DNA from: Tubiluchus corallicola
Lineage: Eukaryota > Animalia > Priapulida
Assembly: GCA_030141605.1 (NCBI GenBank)
Contig: JAQGDQ010000059.1
Coordinates: forward strand, 124,001 to 188,000
Length of the DNA stretch: 64,000 bases
Direction of reading: 5' to 3'
Of the stretch, positions 14,590 through 27,810 are shown in pieces. Each line of letters starts with the position of its first letter. The first letter of the stretch is position 1. The position numbers were made by a program, and so were the translations under genes. A model generated the notes under the pieces. The model saw only the letters and a program-made list of their open reading frames with translations. It did no database searches and was not told the DNA's origin.

Positions 14590-15514
14590 CTATGCAGCTA
14601 GGTACATTGTGTACATATATCACGTTAGTAGTTAGAAGGAATATTGAAAATTCTTCCATGTACTTCTGAATTCTTAATCAGACCATGCATAATAAATTTT
14701 CATTAAAGGCTAACTGCAGATGAATGAGATGATGTACCACGTAGCCTCTAAGGAGCATACATTTGCAGATTAAACAATACAGTAACTTTTGACAATTTAC
14801 TGGAAAGGACCAAACATCTAAAGGCATAAAATACCATACGTACAAAGCAGGCAATCTGATCTCATATTCGACCTAAGTTCACTTTATCAAGTAGTTTTAT
14901 CCGGTTCAGTCCATGTCAGTTAGTCTAATCCAATCCAATATGCCCTATCTAACCCAAACCAAGTTTGAAGCTGAAGTAACCAGAAGCGAAAAACCGATCC
15001 AATTAATCGAACTAACTTACTTTATCTTAAATTACCTTAATATCATTTACCTAAGACTAGTTTAATCTGACCTCACTGGTGTCCCTCAGCTCCCCTATAA
15101 GATCTGTCCAGTCTGGTGCAGCGCAGTCGAGTATATAGAGTGCGTTATAGAGTTTTTTTAATTTCGTTCTTACATTTTTCTAAGCTTAAGTGATGCAGTA
15201 AGATAAACCGAACATACTAAGTAACTTGTCATTTCCTTTAATAAAACGTATTAACGATGAACTATTGTAGAAAACACAGAAAAAGGTCCAAATTCTTATG
15301 AATTTCTTTGAAAAATATATTTTATACAGTACAGTTACTAATTAAACACTACACAGTGCAGAAAAAACACAAAGGAAACACAAGAAGCATAACAGAAGAC
15401 ATCATTACTTTTTATAGTATAATAAGGTGCTCAGCTAGTAAGCCCGCATGGCATTGTTTGTGGTGGAGTAAACAAGTCAACACGGAAGAATGAAACAGTG
15501 GTTTCACCAGAAAG

Positions 15515-15770
15515 TACAATCAAGTGGTAGTGCGCCTGCTTTCCATGTGGGAGGTCGTGAGTTCGATACTGCAGCCGGGAAAATACCAAAGACTTTCAAA
15601 ATGGCACGTGCTGTTGCCTGCCTGTTGCTGGCGCAAGGTATTTAGGGCAAAAGTAGGATAATAAAATCTCTAGTATCTAGGTATAGTTTGTTATTTACAG
15701 TAGGCGATAAAAACCTCATAGCAGGCTTGTGTTGTCCGCTGAACTTAAAGCCGACTTTAAACAGAGGTTA
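15515..15770 (+). mobile_element. tRNA-derived SINE with Meta/MESC/RUDI-like core
   Basis: A-box-like TCAAGTGGTAG, B-box GTTCGATAC (15561-15569), then TACCAAAGACTTTCAAAATGGCACGTGCTG resembling the remembered Meta-domain consensus; ends in an (ATT)n tail. Confidence 0.6.
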
Positions 15771-15839
<69 letters not shown>

Positions 15840-15920
15840 TCATTATTATTATTATTATTATTGTCGTCGTCGTCGTCGTCGTCGCCGCCACCACCACCAC
15901 CATCATCAGCAGCAGCAGCA
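15771..15920. repeat. Compound trinucleotide microsatellite (ATT)n-(GTC)n-(CAC)n-(CAT)-(CAG)n
   Basis: Directly visible; probably expanded from the SINE tail. Confidence 0.95.
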
Positions 15921-18147
15921 GGGAGGCAGGTTTAGAGAAAGCTATATTAGTGCGGGGGAAGCTGAATCTGTGCAGAAAACAAGAATCAAAATTACAGTTT
16001 TAACATGAAGATTGCTAGAACTTGAACTTTGAAGTAATGTGATGACAGAGTAATACATTACGACAGACGAAATAATCAGTTATTTTAACAAATGTATGAA
16101 TGAAACATTGTTTTGTAATAAAAACTGAGTCAACGATGTCCTCGTGCAACACATTTCGCACTTTGTGTGTTATTTTCGAGGTTATGTCTATGCTATATAT
16201 CATGTGCGTAATTAGTGATTGCGTTATAAATTATAAAATCTAAATAAATAAGTATTCATTTATTCCGTCGGAAGGATATTACACAGACCATACTGCAATT
16301 TTTTTAATTTCTTTATCGTAGATTTTTATTAAAACGCTGTGTAATACGTTTATATAAATACACTGTTTACATAAAATATACGGCACAATCTTATGGAACT
16401 GGCCACACGCATTATACTTTCAATGCTGCAATAAAGTGGCCACACGCACTATACAGTACTAAGAAGCTCATTTGTAAATTTATACCATAAACATACTGTA
16501 ATGAGTGCATATTTTGCCTAGAAAACTCAAAACGGTTTAACTAAGAACAGTAAATTACATTTTACTGCTGTTATAAAAGTCAGTTTGCGAGACTATTAAA
16601 GAAAATCTTAAACACCTGATAGGATAACAGGCTAACAGCGTGATGCAAGTTAGCTAGCGTGTGTAGTCAACAAACGCGTTCTCAAAATTGAGGCCGATAC
16701 TATTTTACATTTGCGATAGGTGAAAAGCTTTAGAGAGTTATAGTGAGGAATTTTATTCCAGCATTATAGTATAGTCAATTATTCATTAAGCAACGCTACT
16801 AGGAAATTAACGAAATATGCCAAATTTCAATGACAGTTTACCATGTAGCAACATTCAAATTCTTATCCCACTCTGAACCGATTTACGGGCTCACGAACAA
16901 AAAATGTTCCAGATTCAGGATTTCAAGGACAAGAAAAGGGGTACCTGAAGTAGGTTTCAGAAAAATCGCTTTAAAAAATTGTTACTGTATAGGAATTTTA
17001 TACTTGCGTTGAAAGGTTTTTTGTTTGTTTTCATTTTAAATTCCCCTGTTACTGTTACGACCTCGCCACTACATGACGTCATATACGCACAACATAAATC
17101 AAGGGAAGAAAAGGAAATGTTAAACTATGTCCCAAAATTTGGGATTTTTAATTTTATTGACAAGAGACAGTAATTTAAAATTTTACATAGTTAGTGACGT
17201 GTGCGCTACGAATACTCTGTTTATTTTTTCAAATTTTACTCAGTCTTACCTAAACTGCTTTCATATGACTTATCGTAAAAATGGCTGCGTCTAACGGTCA
17301 CTGTGGGAGTTTAACTTTACAAGTTTTATTTATACACGGTTATTGCCGACGCAAGCCCTGTATGCAAAAAGACAATACGTAAGCGGTATAAATTTCAAGA
17401 CGAATTTTTCAAGCTTTATGTAAGTGGAGGGTTTACAAAGCTGGGTTATGTATTATCACTATTGCCTCTACAGCAGCCTACGTGATTGAGCAAAATTTTT
17501 GTTAGTTTCATGGTTCTAACGTTTTCAAACTTTTAGCCCAAAAACAAGCAAGTGCTATAGCTAAGTTCTGACCAACATGCAGCCAATTTTTTTATATAAT
17601 AATCATTTACAACGCGGCAAAGTTAGCCATTTCGGCAGCCGCCGAGTCGCAAAGGTAAAATATAAACTTTTATCAAGTTTTATGACAGGTACAACTTAAC
17701 ACACCGCACAGACACCTAATCAAACAATATTCGATTTTGATCACATCGTATAAATGACGTTAGTAACTGAACGCCAGAAATGTGCTGATTGCTGACATGA
17801 CTCGTACTTCACAGTCTACGTCTTGGTGAAACAAACATTGTCAAGTGAATCAATCAGAATCACGTGTGGCAGTTAGTCTACAGACAAACACGTTGTAAAA
17901 CAATAAATTCAGTTTTCTATCAAAAACTTAAATAAGTAAATGAATATAAAACGCCTTCGATAAACAAAGTAAAAGTTTTATATAGTTTTACATGACAATT
18001 GTACAGCACACAACATTTGGAATAGCAAATTATATGCTAAACATAAGTATTAAACAACTTAAATACAAATAAATAAACACACAGTTATTTTAGCAATATC
18101 AAATGTTAGGTGTATTACCTAGATTACCATAAACCATAATTAAAGAT

Positions 18148-18199
18148 GAGAGAGAGAGAGAGAGAGAGAGGGAGGGAGGGAGGGAGGGAGGGAGGGAGG

Positions 18200-18267
<68 letters not shown>
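18148..18267. repeat. (AG)n/(AGGG)n/(AG)n purine microsatellite
   Basis: Directly visible. Confidence 0.97.
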
Positions 18268-18270
<3 letters not shown>

Positions 18271-19314
18271 TACTTAATACAATCCAAATGTTATTACTGT
18301 CTACCATTTTCAGCTAGCCGCCGTTATATCGGTTTTATAAGCCTTCTCTTGCGTAGCGAAACTATTTTCGAGTTTATTGGATTAAATTGCTCGAAATGAC
18401 GCCAGCATTGAACCGGAAATTGCAAAAAAGTGAAAGTTGGATTACTGTAGGTTCAAACAGTAAAAGAACAGAACAAAAGGAATGCGGGGGAAAACGGACA
18501 ATTCCAAAGCTACCTTACTTTTAAAAGCCAATTCCAAACAGTTTAATATAGTAAATGGAAATGAAAGGAAACATTGTGTAAGTACAATTTAAAAAAAAGA
18601 GGCGACGAATGCAAAATTAGTATGCAGAGTTTATGGGGCACGCTAGTTACAATAACTCCAGTATATTACGAACACATGATGACGACGACGATCATGATGA
18701 TACTGATGATGATGCAGATACTGTAAAGACATTGGTGTCGCATACATACAAATGTAGAAATACGAGGATCACTCAGGTTAGACCATCAGCGTAGGTGTAG
18801 ATGCATTAACAGGAGGGTCTTACGTTTAGTTGAGTTTTACTGAAAGCCATAACGCGTATTTCGTTTTGTTGACAAAAATTGAAACGCTGTGCTCTTTATT
18901 GCGCTTTTATAATAACAAATTGGCAAAAAATTAATAAGCTGCTATCCATAAACTGGTGCACATCACAAAATTTAAAACTTGCATCAAATAAAAGATCTTT
19001 TTTGATGAAAACTAATTAAATTTAAAAGTTTTAGGTGAAATCAAATTTGTTTTACTGCTCTAGACTAGCCGGCCACACTAAAACGCTGTCTCCGAAAGCA
19101 GCAATTCTTTGAAATAACTGCACACTTTATGGAAACATTTAAATTTCTTAATTTTAGCCAAAGTAGCTCCAACCCTAAATGAAATGAGTTTATGGACAAT
19201 GACAAGGGTCTGAAGGTGAATTTTATTGCGCGTATTTAACTTATACGCTTAGGAAAGTACGTCATTTCTTTTTTCAACTTATTAAAACAGCGTATTAATA
19301 ACATAATGGAAAAA

Positions 19315-20300
19315 TAGCCCTACCCAAAAATTGCAATAAAATGTTTTTTGATGTTTTCTTGCAGTATTTCGTCCACAGAATAACATAACCAAATTAGACC
19401 GAAATTTGAGGAATGCAAAAGGCCTAATTATGAGGTCAAAAACGGCCGCCATTTGGCTAAAATGAATGGGTATTTAATCTACCAGAATGGTGAAAAATAT
19501 GCTCATTTTGATTCAGAAGCATGAAACTTTGCACTGTGCTAGAGCTCATTTAAGGTGACTAATCTTGATTATGGAGTCAACTGAAATTTGTCCAACATGG
19601 CCACAATTTTCAAGATGGCAGATTATATGGCTGTTGTTAGCTTAAAGCGCTCATACATATACAGGATAATTTTGGTGTCTAGATATAGGTTTTCAAGGTC
19701 AAGGAATCCATATCAGATACTTAAAAGTCCCTATAATGTCACCTCATTTCAAGATGGCTGCTAAGCTGGCTGCAAATGTCACACAAAATGATAGAATAGC
19801 TCATTTTGCCTTAAAAGCATGAAATTTTACACAATGATAAAACATTTAAGCATCAGATATGGATTCCTTGACCTTGAAAACCAATATTTAGACACCAAAA
19901 TGAATATCCTGTGTGCTCTGATAGTTAAGATATAAGCTATATAAGCTAGCAACAGCCATATTGTCAGTTGTCATTGTCCATCTCGAAAACTGTGGCCATA
20001 TTGGACGAAGTTTGACTCCATAGTCAAAATTAATCACCTTAATGAGCTCTAGCACTGTGCACAGCGCAATGCTTTTAGGTTCAAAATGAGTATTTCTTTC
20101 ACAATTCTGGTAGACTAAATACCCATTCACTTTGGTCAAATGGCGGCCGTCTTTTTTGACGACATAACTCGGCCATTTGCAGTGCCCAAATTTCGGTCTA
20201 ATTTGGATATGTTATTCTCTGGACCAAACAAATACTACTAGAAAACACCAAAAAACGTTTTCTTGCATTTTTTGCCGTAAGTCAACAAAAATTTAAGCTA
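19315..20300. mobile_element. Foldback-type non-autonomous DNA transposon with about 400-bp imperfect inverted arms
   Basis: Left arm 19315-19725 is the reverse complement of right arm ~19842-20300 (e.g. CCAAATTAGACCGAAATTTG / CAAATTTCGGTCTAATTTGG; GGTTTTCAAGGTCAAGGAATCCATATC / GATATGGATTCCTTGACCTTGAAAACC); termini TAGC...GCTA; no transposase ORF. Confidence 0.8.
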
Positions 20301-20705
20301 CTACACAGATCCATTCCAAATTCAGAGAAAAACGATGGAAAGTGAGTTTTAGCCTCCCACTAAGCACGTGCAATGAACAAACCAAGTTCATGTCACACAT
20401 ACTGAAAAGTCAGCCATAAACTCTGCAATCACTACGCAGTTTGCATTTGCATTTTAAAAAGGCACTCCATTAGGATGCTGATCAACATACGCAATGCTGT
20501 TCATTCAATTATAGATAAATCTATTGGACCAACCACTTGGTCAATTATATTAACATCATGTTCTTCATTCATTTCATTAAAATCGTGCTTGTGCATTCTT
20601 TCACAATTGCGTGAGGACAAAAATTTGTTGCAATTTCGCCGGCTTTTGAATTCACAGTTGGCACAAATCCCATTGAAAGTAAGTGTGCTGGTTATACCGA
20701 AAATA

Positions 20706-20708
20706 ATA

Positions 20709-20764
<56 letters not shown>

Positions 20765-20790
20765 AATGATGAAAATGACAATGATGATGG
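20706..20790. repeat. (GAT)n microsatellite
   Basis: Directly visible; produces the spurious poly-Met ORF. Confidence 0.96.
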
Positions 20791-22610
20791 CAGTATTGTG
20801 ATTTGCTTAACTTTCCCGAAATCTGACGCACAATTTAGACTTTTTAGATTTCACTGAAAAAATCAATGTTTCAAGCTTATCGATGTGAACGGTGTGAACA
20901 AAGTATAAACGTTCGCTTTTACACTTAAGATGCGGGGAAATTACCGGTTAACCGGATATGCATATAAACGCTATAAATAAAGTCGGAAAGGATAGATTTC
21001 TTGGTCAATATAAAACGGTCGACTATATGGGTGCCATGCGTATATAGTAAACTAAGTAGTATCATTAGTTCAAGCACTTTACTATCTACAACAGACTATG
21101 GATAGTAAAAATCTATGTTACAACAATCTCTGTAAGTTGCGAAACTATTTTCATTCGCTTGCATAACTGTCCACATAACGTGTTTAAAGTCGTCTCAAAC
21201 ATTTCCCACATCGGAAAATCGGAACACTTGTCCTCTTTTTTGTTCTTCGGTATCACTTTGAAAGTACAGCATTAGTTTGCTTATGGATTTCAGTCGTTCA
21301 ACACTACATGAACGAATACGTTGCTCTAATTTCTTTCAGTTTTACTGATCACTACAAATGTTTACAAAGTTGACATACACTCGCAGTCGGATTTGGTAGT
21401 AATTAATTTAATCTATAGCCAAAAAGAAAAATTCAAATACACAATGGGCTTTAACGCATCTTTGCCATAATACGTTGCAAATACGACAGCCAATTTTTAC
21501 GCATACGTTGCATTTTCAAAACTTCAATTATAACCTGATACAGCTCTGTAATAGAACGAATTCCTTTTTCTGCTTAAAGTTCATAGTAGCCACTTTATTC
21601 GACATTGCAATACATGTACAAATTTTTCTCCCAGTGGACGTAATAGCTCTATCTTACATGTATATAATAAAACCGCTCTTTTTTTATTACGTCCCTGCCC
21701 TCATGGCTCAGAGTGTGGTTATAGGACAGAATGTAGGACAGAACAAAGATTCTACGACCTGACCATTTTTGTGCGAATTGTAAGCCTATTGCTAAAAAAC
21801 ATTTCCAAGTTTCACAATTTTTTTTTCGATTTCAGATACTGATAAATTTTAATATTACGTTTATATTCTCGTTCGCTACCTGACAAAACTGATTCAACAT
21901 AATAGTTTTTCAAACCAAAGCAAGACTCGAGTCTAATTAAAGAGTCATCATAAAATATATACACAGGAAGGGGTGCAAATCACGCTGCGCCAAATTGCGT
22001 ATTTGACGAATTTTTACTTTGACCTTCAGGAGAGCCTTTCTTGAACAACATTTGACTTGATAAACACAGACACGCCATAAAAATAGCAACTTGAGAATAG
22101 CATATATTAAAGGTGTATAATATATATATTTAATATATTTAATATTCTTTAGATCAAATGACATGGGTGGTAGTTAATTTTTGTTAAATTGCAGTCAGGT
22201 GATCAGAATAAACACGTGCAGCCATGCAATAATTTGCAGAAAAAAAGTGATTTTGTTCCACGCTGATATAACGATAAGTATAGGTCTGCAAATTAGTCAT
22301 ACTTTCCTGATTTACTGATTTTTGTAAATAAGGCCGTGCACACATGTATGCAGCCGCACTGTACGGCTACAGTACATGCGGTTTCATCCAACGATAAGTG
22401 GTCCAAAACGTCCGCAATCTGGGGCGGGTTTTTTGAGAGGTAAAATCTTTTTGCAACTGTTGTTACTGGAAGAATGGCACCCGGCAGACCGTCTGCATGA
22501 TTCGCATATTACTTGGCGCAGATAACATACGCACACGCAAGACGAAGCTCTAGTAAAAACGCTTTTGCTAGGCCTATATAATCCGTAAACAGTGCTTAGT
22601 TATTACTTAC

Positions 22611-22680
22611 CGTCTTCATGTAAATCGTGATCGTCTTGAGGAGTGCTTAGAACACTCAAGCCCCAGTAGGTCTCGTTCAT
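22611..22680 (-). CDS. fry: furry alternative first coding exon B (MNETYWGLSVLSTPQDDHDLHED)
   Basis: accaccATG Kozak, 23 codons + 1 nt, consensus G|GTAAGT donor; phase 1, in frame with the 371 acceptor. Confidence 0.62.
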
Positions 22681-23902
22681 GGTGGTCGTTTTATTATGAT
22701 TTTCCACAAATAAAACCATTGATAACTAGCCAATGTCATTTAGTCATAAGAAAGCACAATTTTTCCATTCACAAACAACTCCATTTGAAACGTCACAGCA
22801 TCTACGCGCCAAAATGCAACACAAAAACGTGTGGTTAAACTGGAATTAGACGTTTTTGCTTGCTTTCTTCCAGACTGTAATTGCTTTTGCATATTACAGA
22901 CAATTGCTGTGGTAAAGTTATTATCCTGTGACATTTAACGACCAGACACAACAAACTGCAATTCCGAATTATATGCCGCCTGGTATCATCTGTTAGTTAT
23001 GACTCACGTATACACACATCTCTTACGAAATCCTGCATGAATATGAAATCTTGTAGCTCAGTCAAAGAAAATATCTGCAGGTCTTAGACTTTGGACTTTG
23101 GCTGACGAATTAAAAATACAGCAAAAGAGGGCGTTGTTATTAGTTTTATATCACATGAGTAATCACAGGAGCTGCTGTTTCAAGGTTATGTAATGAAAGA
23201 ATTACACGTTTTATTTGCTACACGCCAATGTTCTTGATCACGTCAGAAAATCACCTTTTCAATATCACAGTAGTAGAAAAACAATATCACAGAATCACGA
23301 TTCATGGAATTACAGTTTTAAGTGGCCGTGAAGGTTTGTCATCGCAGGTTATAATTCCAGTAGAAATCTAATATTTGACATCGCGCAGTGACACAATCAC
23401 ACACCTGCATGACACAACCTGTGAAAATTCTTTCAAATTAGGCCTGCTTAAAAGTCAGTGTAAGTAAATTGACAAGTGAGGATATAATCAACTTAATTTG
23501 AACATTCTTGAAGAAGTGACTGTTTGACTGTTTGTACTCGAGTTTCAAAGAGTATTATACGTTATAAGCTTATAAGCAGAGTAATTAACGTGAAGTTCCA
23601 ACAAAACTTTGCCTGCTCCAAGCAAAACTAACAGATCTTAGAATCATCTTAGATCTATTTGCTATACACTACAATATCAATAGGTGACAACACTACTTGA
23701 AAACTCAAAAGTGAAATTACAATGATTTATTCGGAGTCTGACTAAGCCATGCTCGAGACAATGAGCTGTGTTTATGCTTTTGCTTTCAGTAGTTAGGATT
23801 TGTGTAACTCGGTCAAGAACAGAAACATAGCAGACATCTTTGGGAAAAAATGGAGGTCCCACTTACACTATCTAACTAATCTCAATGCTCTGGGTGGTGC
23901 GC

Positions 23903-24787
23903 GGCAAAAATGGCACATGTAAAAATGGCACAGAAAAAATGGCATAGAAAAAATGGCACAACAGAAAAGTAAGTAAAATGGCACAGGAAAAACGGCACAT
24001 ATGGCACGAATGGAAACGTAGGAAAAAAGTGCACAAATTATTTATTTGATTTGATTTATTTATTTGTCACAAAAAGGCAATGTACAGTCAATGATAACAA
24101 AGTGGTGTGCAAAACAATCAACTGCTTACAATAAAATGCTTCAATGTGTGATTTTATTTTGTATATGTTATTTTGATGCAAATAATTTCTATGATAGAAC
24201 AAGAATGCGCTTAGCAGTAAACAGATCTCTGCGAAAGCTGAACAATCAATCCTAAACATATTTGTTTGACTCTTTTGATTAAAAAAAATTAAAGCTAAGT
24301 TAAACAAGCAAACACGCAAAAATGAACCTATATTGACAGCAAGACATTGGTATTATATAGACAGCAAGTGACTCACAAAATATTTTGTTGATTAAATAAT
24401 CAATAATTCACGAATAGTTCACATAGCGTTTATCTACCTTTCTTTAACCATTAATTTTGGCGATGGTAATAGCTGACATGGTAAAGGTAATATACCTATT
24501 TAAATACCAAGTCAGCTTATGCGGTTACACACATTACTAAGCAAATGTTACAGACAGCGTTACACAATTTTTGGGAGAATTTCTCGAACTGGAACCTGGA
24601 ACAAACTCGTAGATGTATGTCATGGTGGAAATAATAAAAAAGAAGTACTAAACACTCACTCTCTCTCTCTCTGAGATCGCCACGAAGTGATTCAAGAATG
24701 TTTTTGTACGTGGTGTTTGGTCAGGTTTTCCTGTGCCATTTTTATCCATTTTTCCAGTTATGCTATTTTTTCCTGAGCCATTTTGAC
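23903..24787. mobile_element. Non-autonomous DNA transposon with tandem-repeat inverted termini (MULE/Phantom-like)
   Basis: About 7 tandem AAAAATGGCAC-type units at 23903-24010 and inverted GTGCCATTTTT-type units at 24730-24787; no TSD or ORF resolved. Confidence 0.55.
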
Positions 24788-27639
24788 TTACATTAGCTCT
24801 GTCTACGTCTAAATTTTAAGACAACAACGTCTCTTATTATTATTATTTTACTTCTACCAGTAGACATTTAGTTACAGAGCTCCGATGAAAAAGAGCAAAA
24901 AAGTCCACCCTCAATATTGCTTACTGAGAGCAAAGGCTGTAGTCAAGCTTCTACCATCAACCAGATTCTATTAAGAATTTTTCTTTCCATTGACAAAATC
25001 ATTAGTATTAACAAATTCTTGCAGTTCGTGATAACAAAAAAGCCATATTACAGACTATCACCATGCCTTCGTGTGCAAATTTAATGGGTAATTCAGTCGA
25101 GATATGTGGCTGCCATGGCAACCATCTACACAAAAGCCAGGTGATCTAAAAAACTCGCCACAAAGTCTATTTTAATCGAAAATTGGGTAATTTACAAGCC
25201 TTTTTGCATGACCTGGCTTATTCAAATATATATATATATATATATATAGTAAATTTATGTACAGGAAAGACATCGATAAAGAATGAGTCTAGAAGCGACC
25301 TAGACGGAATAAATTGGCCGCATCGTGATTAACCTTTAAGTACGTAACTTGCAGTAAGCCATTAAATTTGAAATGCGGCGCGGAACGTAATTAGCCTGGG
25401 ATACAATGCACCTCAGAAAATTACTCTCGCCTCGTCGACGCGAAAGTGAAATTTTAATTTCTACCGCCGGGACATTGTTTGCTAGTAATCTAGATTGCCA
25501 GATCTATTTGTGTCGAATAAAGGCTCATTGTAACAGCTTGTCGGTATGTTTAGATGTAATAAACAATAGCAAACAAGAAAATCACCGGTCCATCCGATTC
25601 CCTTTACATAAAACGAGCTCGGCTGTCAAATGTGAGGAGCACTGCTCTAATTCGAACAGTCAATCATTATCTAATACAAGTTTTATGACGGTAAGTTGCT
25701 ACACTGGAACCCTGACTCGGTGTGTAACAAAATAGTCACGAATCGAACCAGTTTGCGTGAACTTGGTGTAACCCTGTAGATTTCGGATTGGCTTTCGTTA
25801 TCGTTTGACTATACCTGAATCCACGAAGAAATTTTAGCTCACACCCATTGAAATACACTCTATCAATGTCAAAACTCTGTTCTGATTCAGAATTTGTTAA
25901 ATGGTGATACGTGAATGTGTAACTCCTGCTGTGACTGCTTATTACATTACATAACACTTTGTATGTTTTCAAGCAACTTACTTGTTTTATTCAAAAATAA
26001 AATGTTACTATTCTATCATCTTAATTTCAAGATTATGAATTTCGTCATTTATTGACTGATTTAAGACGCAGTCAAAAAGTTTTCAAAACCAAATTTCCCT
26101 GTAAGACGTGTAAAAAAGTAAACCTCGATTTGAATCAATGGCATTTGCATTATAAATGCAACGTGTTGCGAAGACCACATAGGCCCATAGAGTTCAACGC
26201 ACATCTCAATTCTTAGATTGAGTGCAAATAATTCGATCACCAATTGAAATTCCACGATGCAGCACAGCATTAGAACGCAATGTATTTCACTGTCTAACTA
26301 GTAACTGCTGACAAAAATCATAATATTTATAAAGTTTATAGTGTCTACGTAATGGCTTTAAAACTATACTTGAAAGCAGTAAAGTTAACAGAGACATCTT
26401 TCTCAGAAAAAAAGTATTTTAAAATATCTTTTGTCCCCAGAGGCACAGCCGCTCAAGTCTGAAGTTAAGAAACTGCACGACTTTGCTTCAGGGTGTAGAC
26501 TTCAAGGTCAACACACGCAACTTCATAATAGAATTTTTGCACCAACCAACGTGCATCAACAATACAACAAAATATCATAATATTACTCTGTACAAGCACA
26601 AATGTCGCTGGCTTTACCATACAGACAAGATATTAGACATTTTCATACTCATTTCGATAATGTAATTATTTTTCACAAGAAAGTCAAAAATATTAACTTT
26701 GTTAATAAAAACCTTATTTCTTTGAATACATTTAAGGAGCCAAGCCAAGGGCATTAGCCAGAGACCTAACAAATTTCAAATCTTTCCTCTTTACTATTTG
26801 TGGAAGGTACTCTAGGCATTTTCTTTTAGTTCCTAATGCCCACCGTTTAGTTGCCTTTCATGTCGTGATTTTGCGCACGACATTACAAAGAAACATCACG
26901 GCAACATTATAAATCCATTTTCCTTGAGCTTCTTATCTGTGGATTTTTTTTTCATCAGAAAATGTAAAACTGTTAACTAAAACCTCGCTTGCTTTAAGAA
27001 GAACGTTAACAGATTCCACCAATGACTAGTAGCAGAAGAAACATCACAAATGATGTTCTTCTGGACTTTTACAGTTCATCGTCATTTTTTTACAGTACAT
27101 CCTTTTTTGAGTGGCCAGTCTTGGTTGGGGCACTCTGTACAAGAAAGTATTCAAGCACATTGTGATTTTGAATTTTAAATGACCTTGTTCTACTAAAATT
27201 GCAGAAAGGAAGTTTAAAGAACTGATTACTTTGGTGTTTGATAAACGTGAGTAAACCTTGTTTAAGCACGCATTCACAAAACACAATCTTCAAGGCATCA
27301 CCACAAAAGGGACCCATATAAATGATATCTCAGCAAAGGCTGAAGCAGCAACAAGTGAATTGAATGGAAAATAAACAAGAATACATTAAGTACAAAGAAA
27401 AAGAATAAATCCAGTACAGCGCTCATGCATATGCATACGCATATAATAACCTCTGAGCTGAAGACAAAACTCATCGACAACCACAAAATTCTTTTCTTTT
27501 ACACAAAAGAAAGTTATCGCAACGTATAAATGGCAACAATAAGACACAGGGTACAAGTCACACACCAGCTACGTGTAATTAATGATCATTCCAACAGCAA
27601 ACATGCAAACATAATCAGGCGATAAGTACACTTGCTCAC

Positions 27640-27810
27640 CCCACGTTAACATATATTACACAAGTTTCAGTAATTTCACATGATTGCACTTTGTACCCAG
27701 CACCACAATTCACTTCTAAATTGACACAGAAGTTCTATACAATAACGCACATACGCGCACGTGCTGAATGCGCGCACCGGCTCAATAATTCTCCTCCTCC
27801 TGATTGGCCA
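27640..27810 (-). promoter_or_regulatory. Candidate internal furry promoter and non-coding exon
   Basis: CCAAT box (ATTGG 27803-27807), CpG-rich GCGC/CACGTG patch, TCAGC initiator-like motif at about 27765, GG|GTGAGC donor at 27639. Confidence 0.35.

Noticed and set aside
14315-16008. ORFs with RERE, SLSL, poly-I and poly-Y runs
   Set aside because: Translations of microsatellites.
16600-17660. Possible piggyBac-like element ending GTCGCAAAGGTAA
   Set aside because: No matching left TIR or TSD could be found.
20475-20801. Poly-Met ORF
   Set aside because: Artefact of the (GAT)n repeat.
21937-22530. DNA-transposon-like sequence starting TTAAAGAG
   Set aside because: Right terminus not identified; family cannot be supported.
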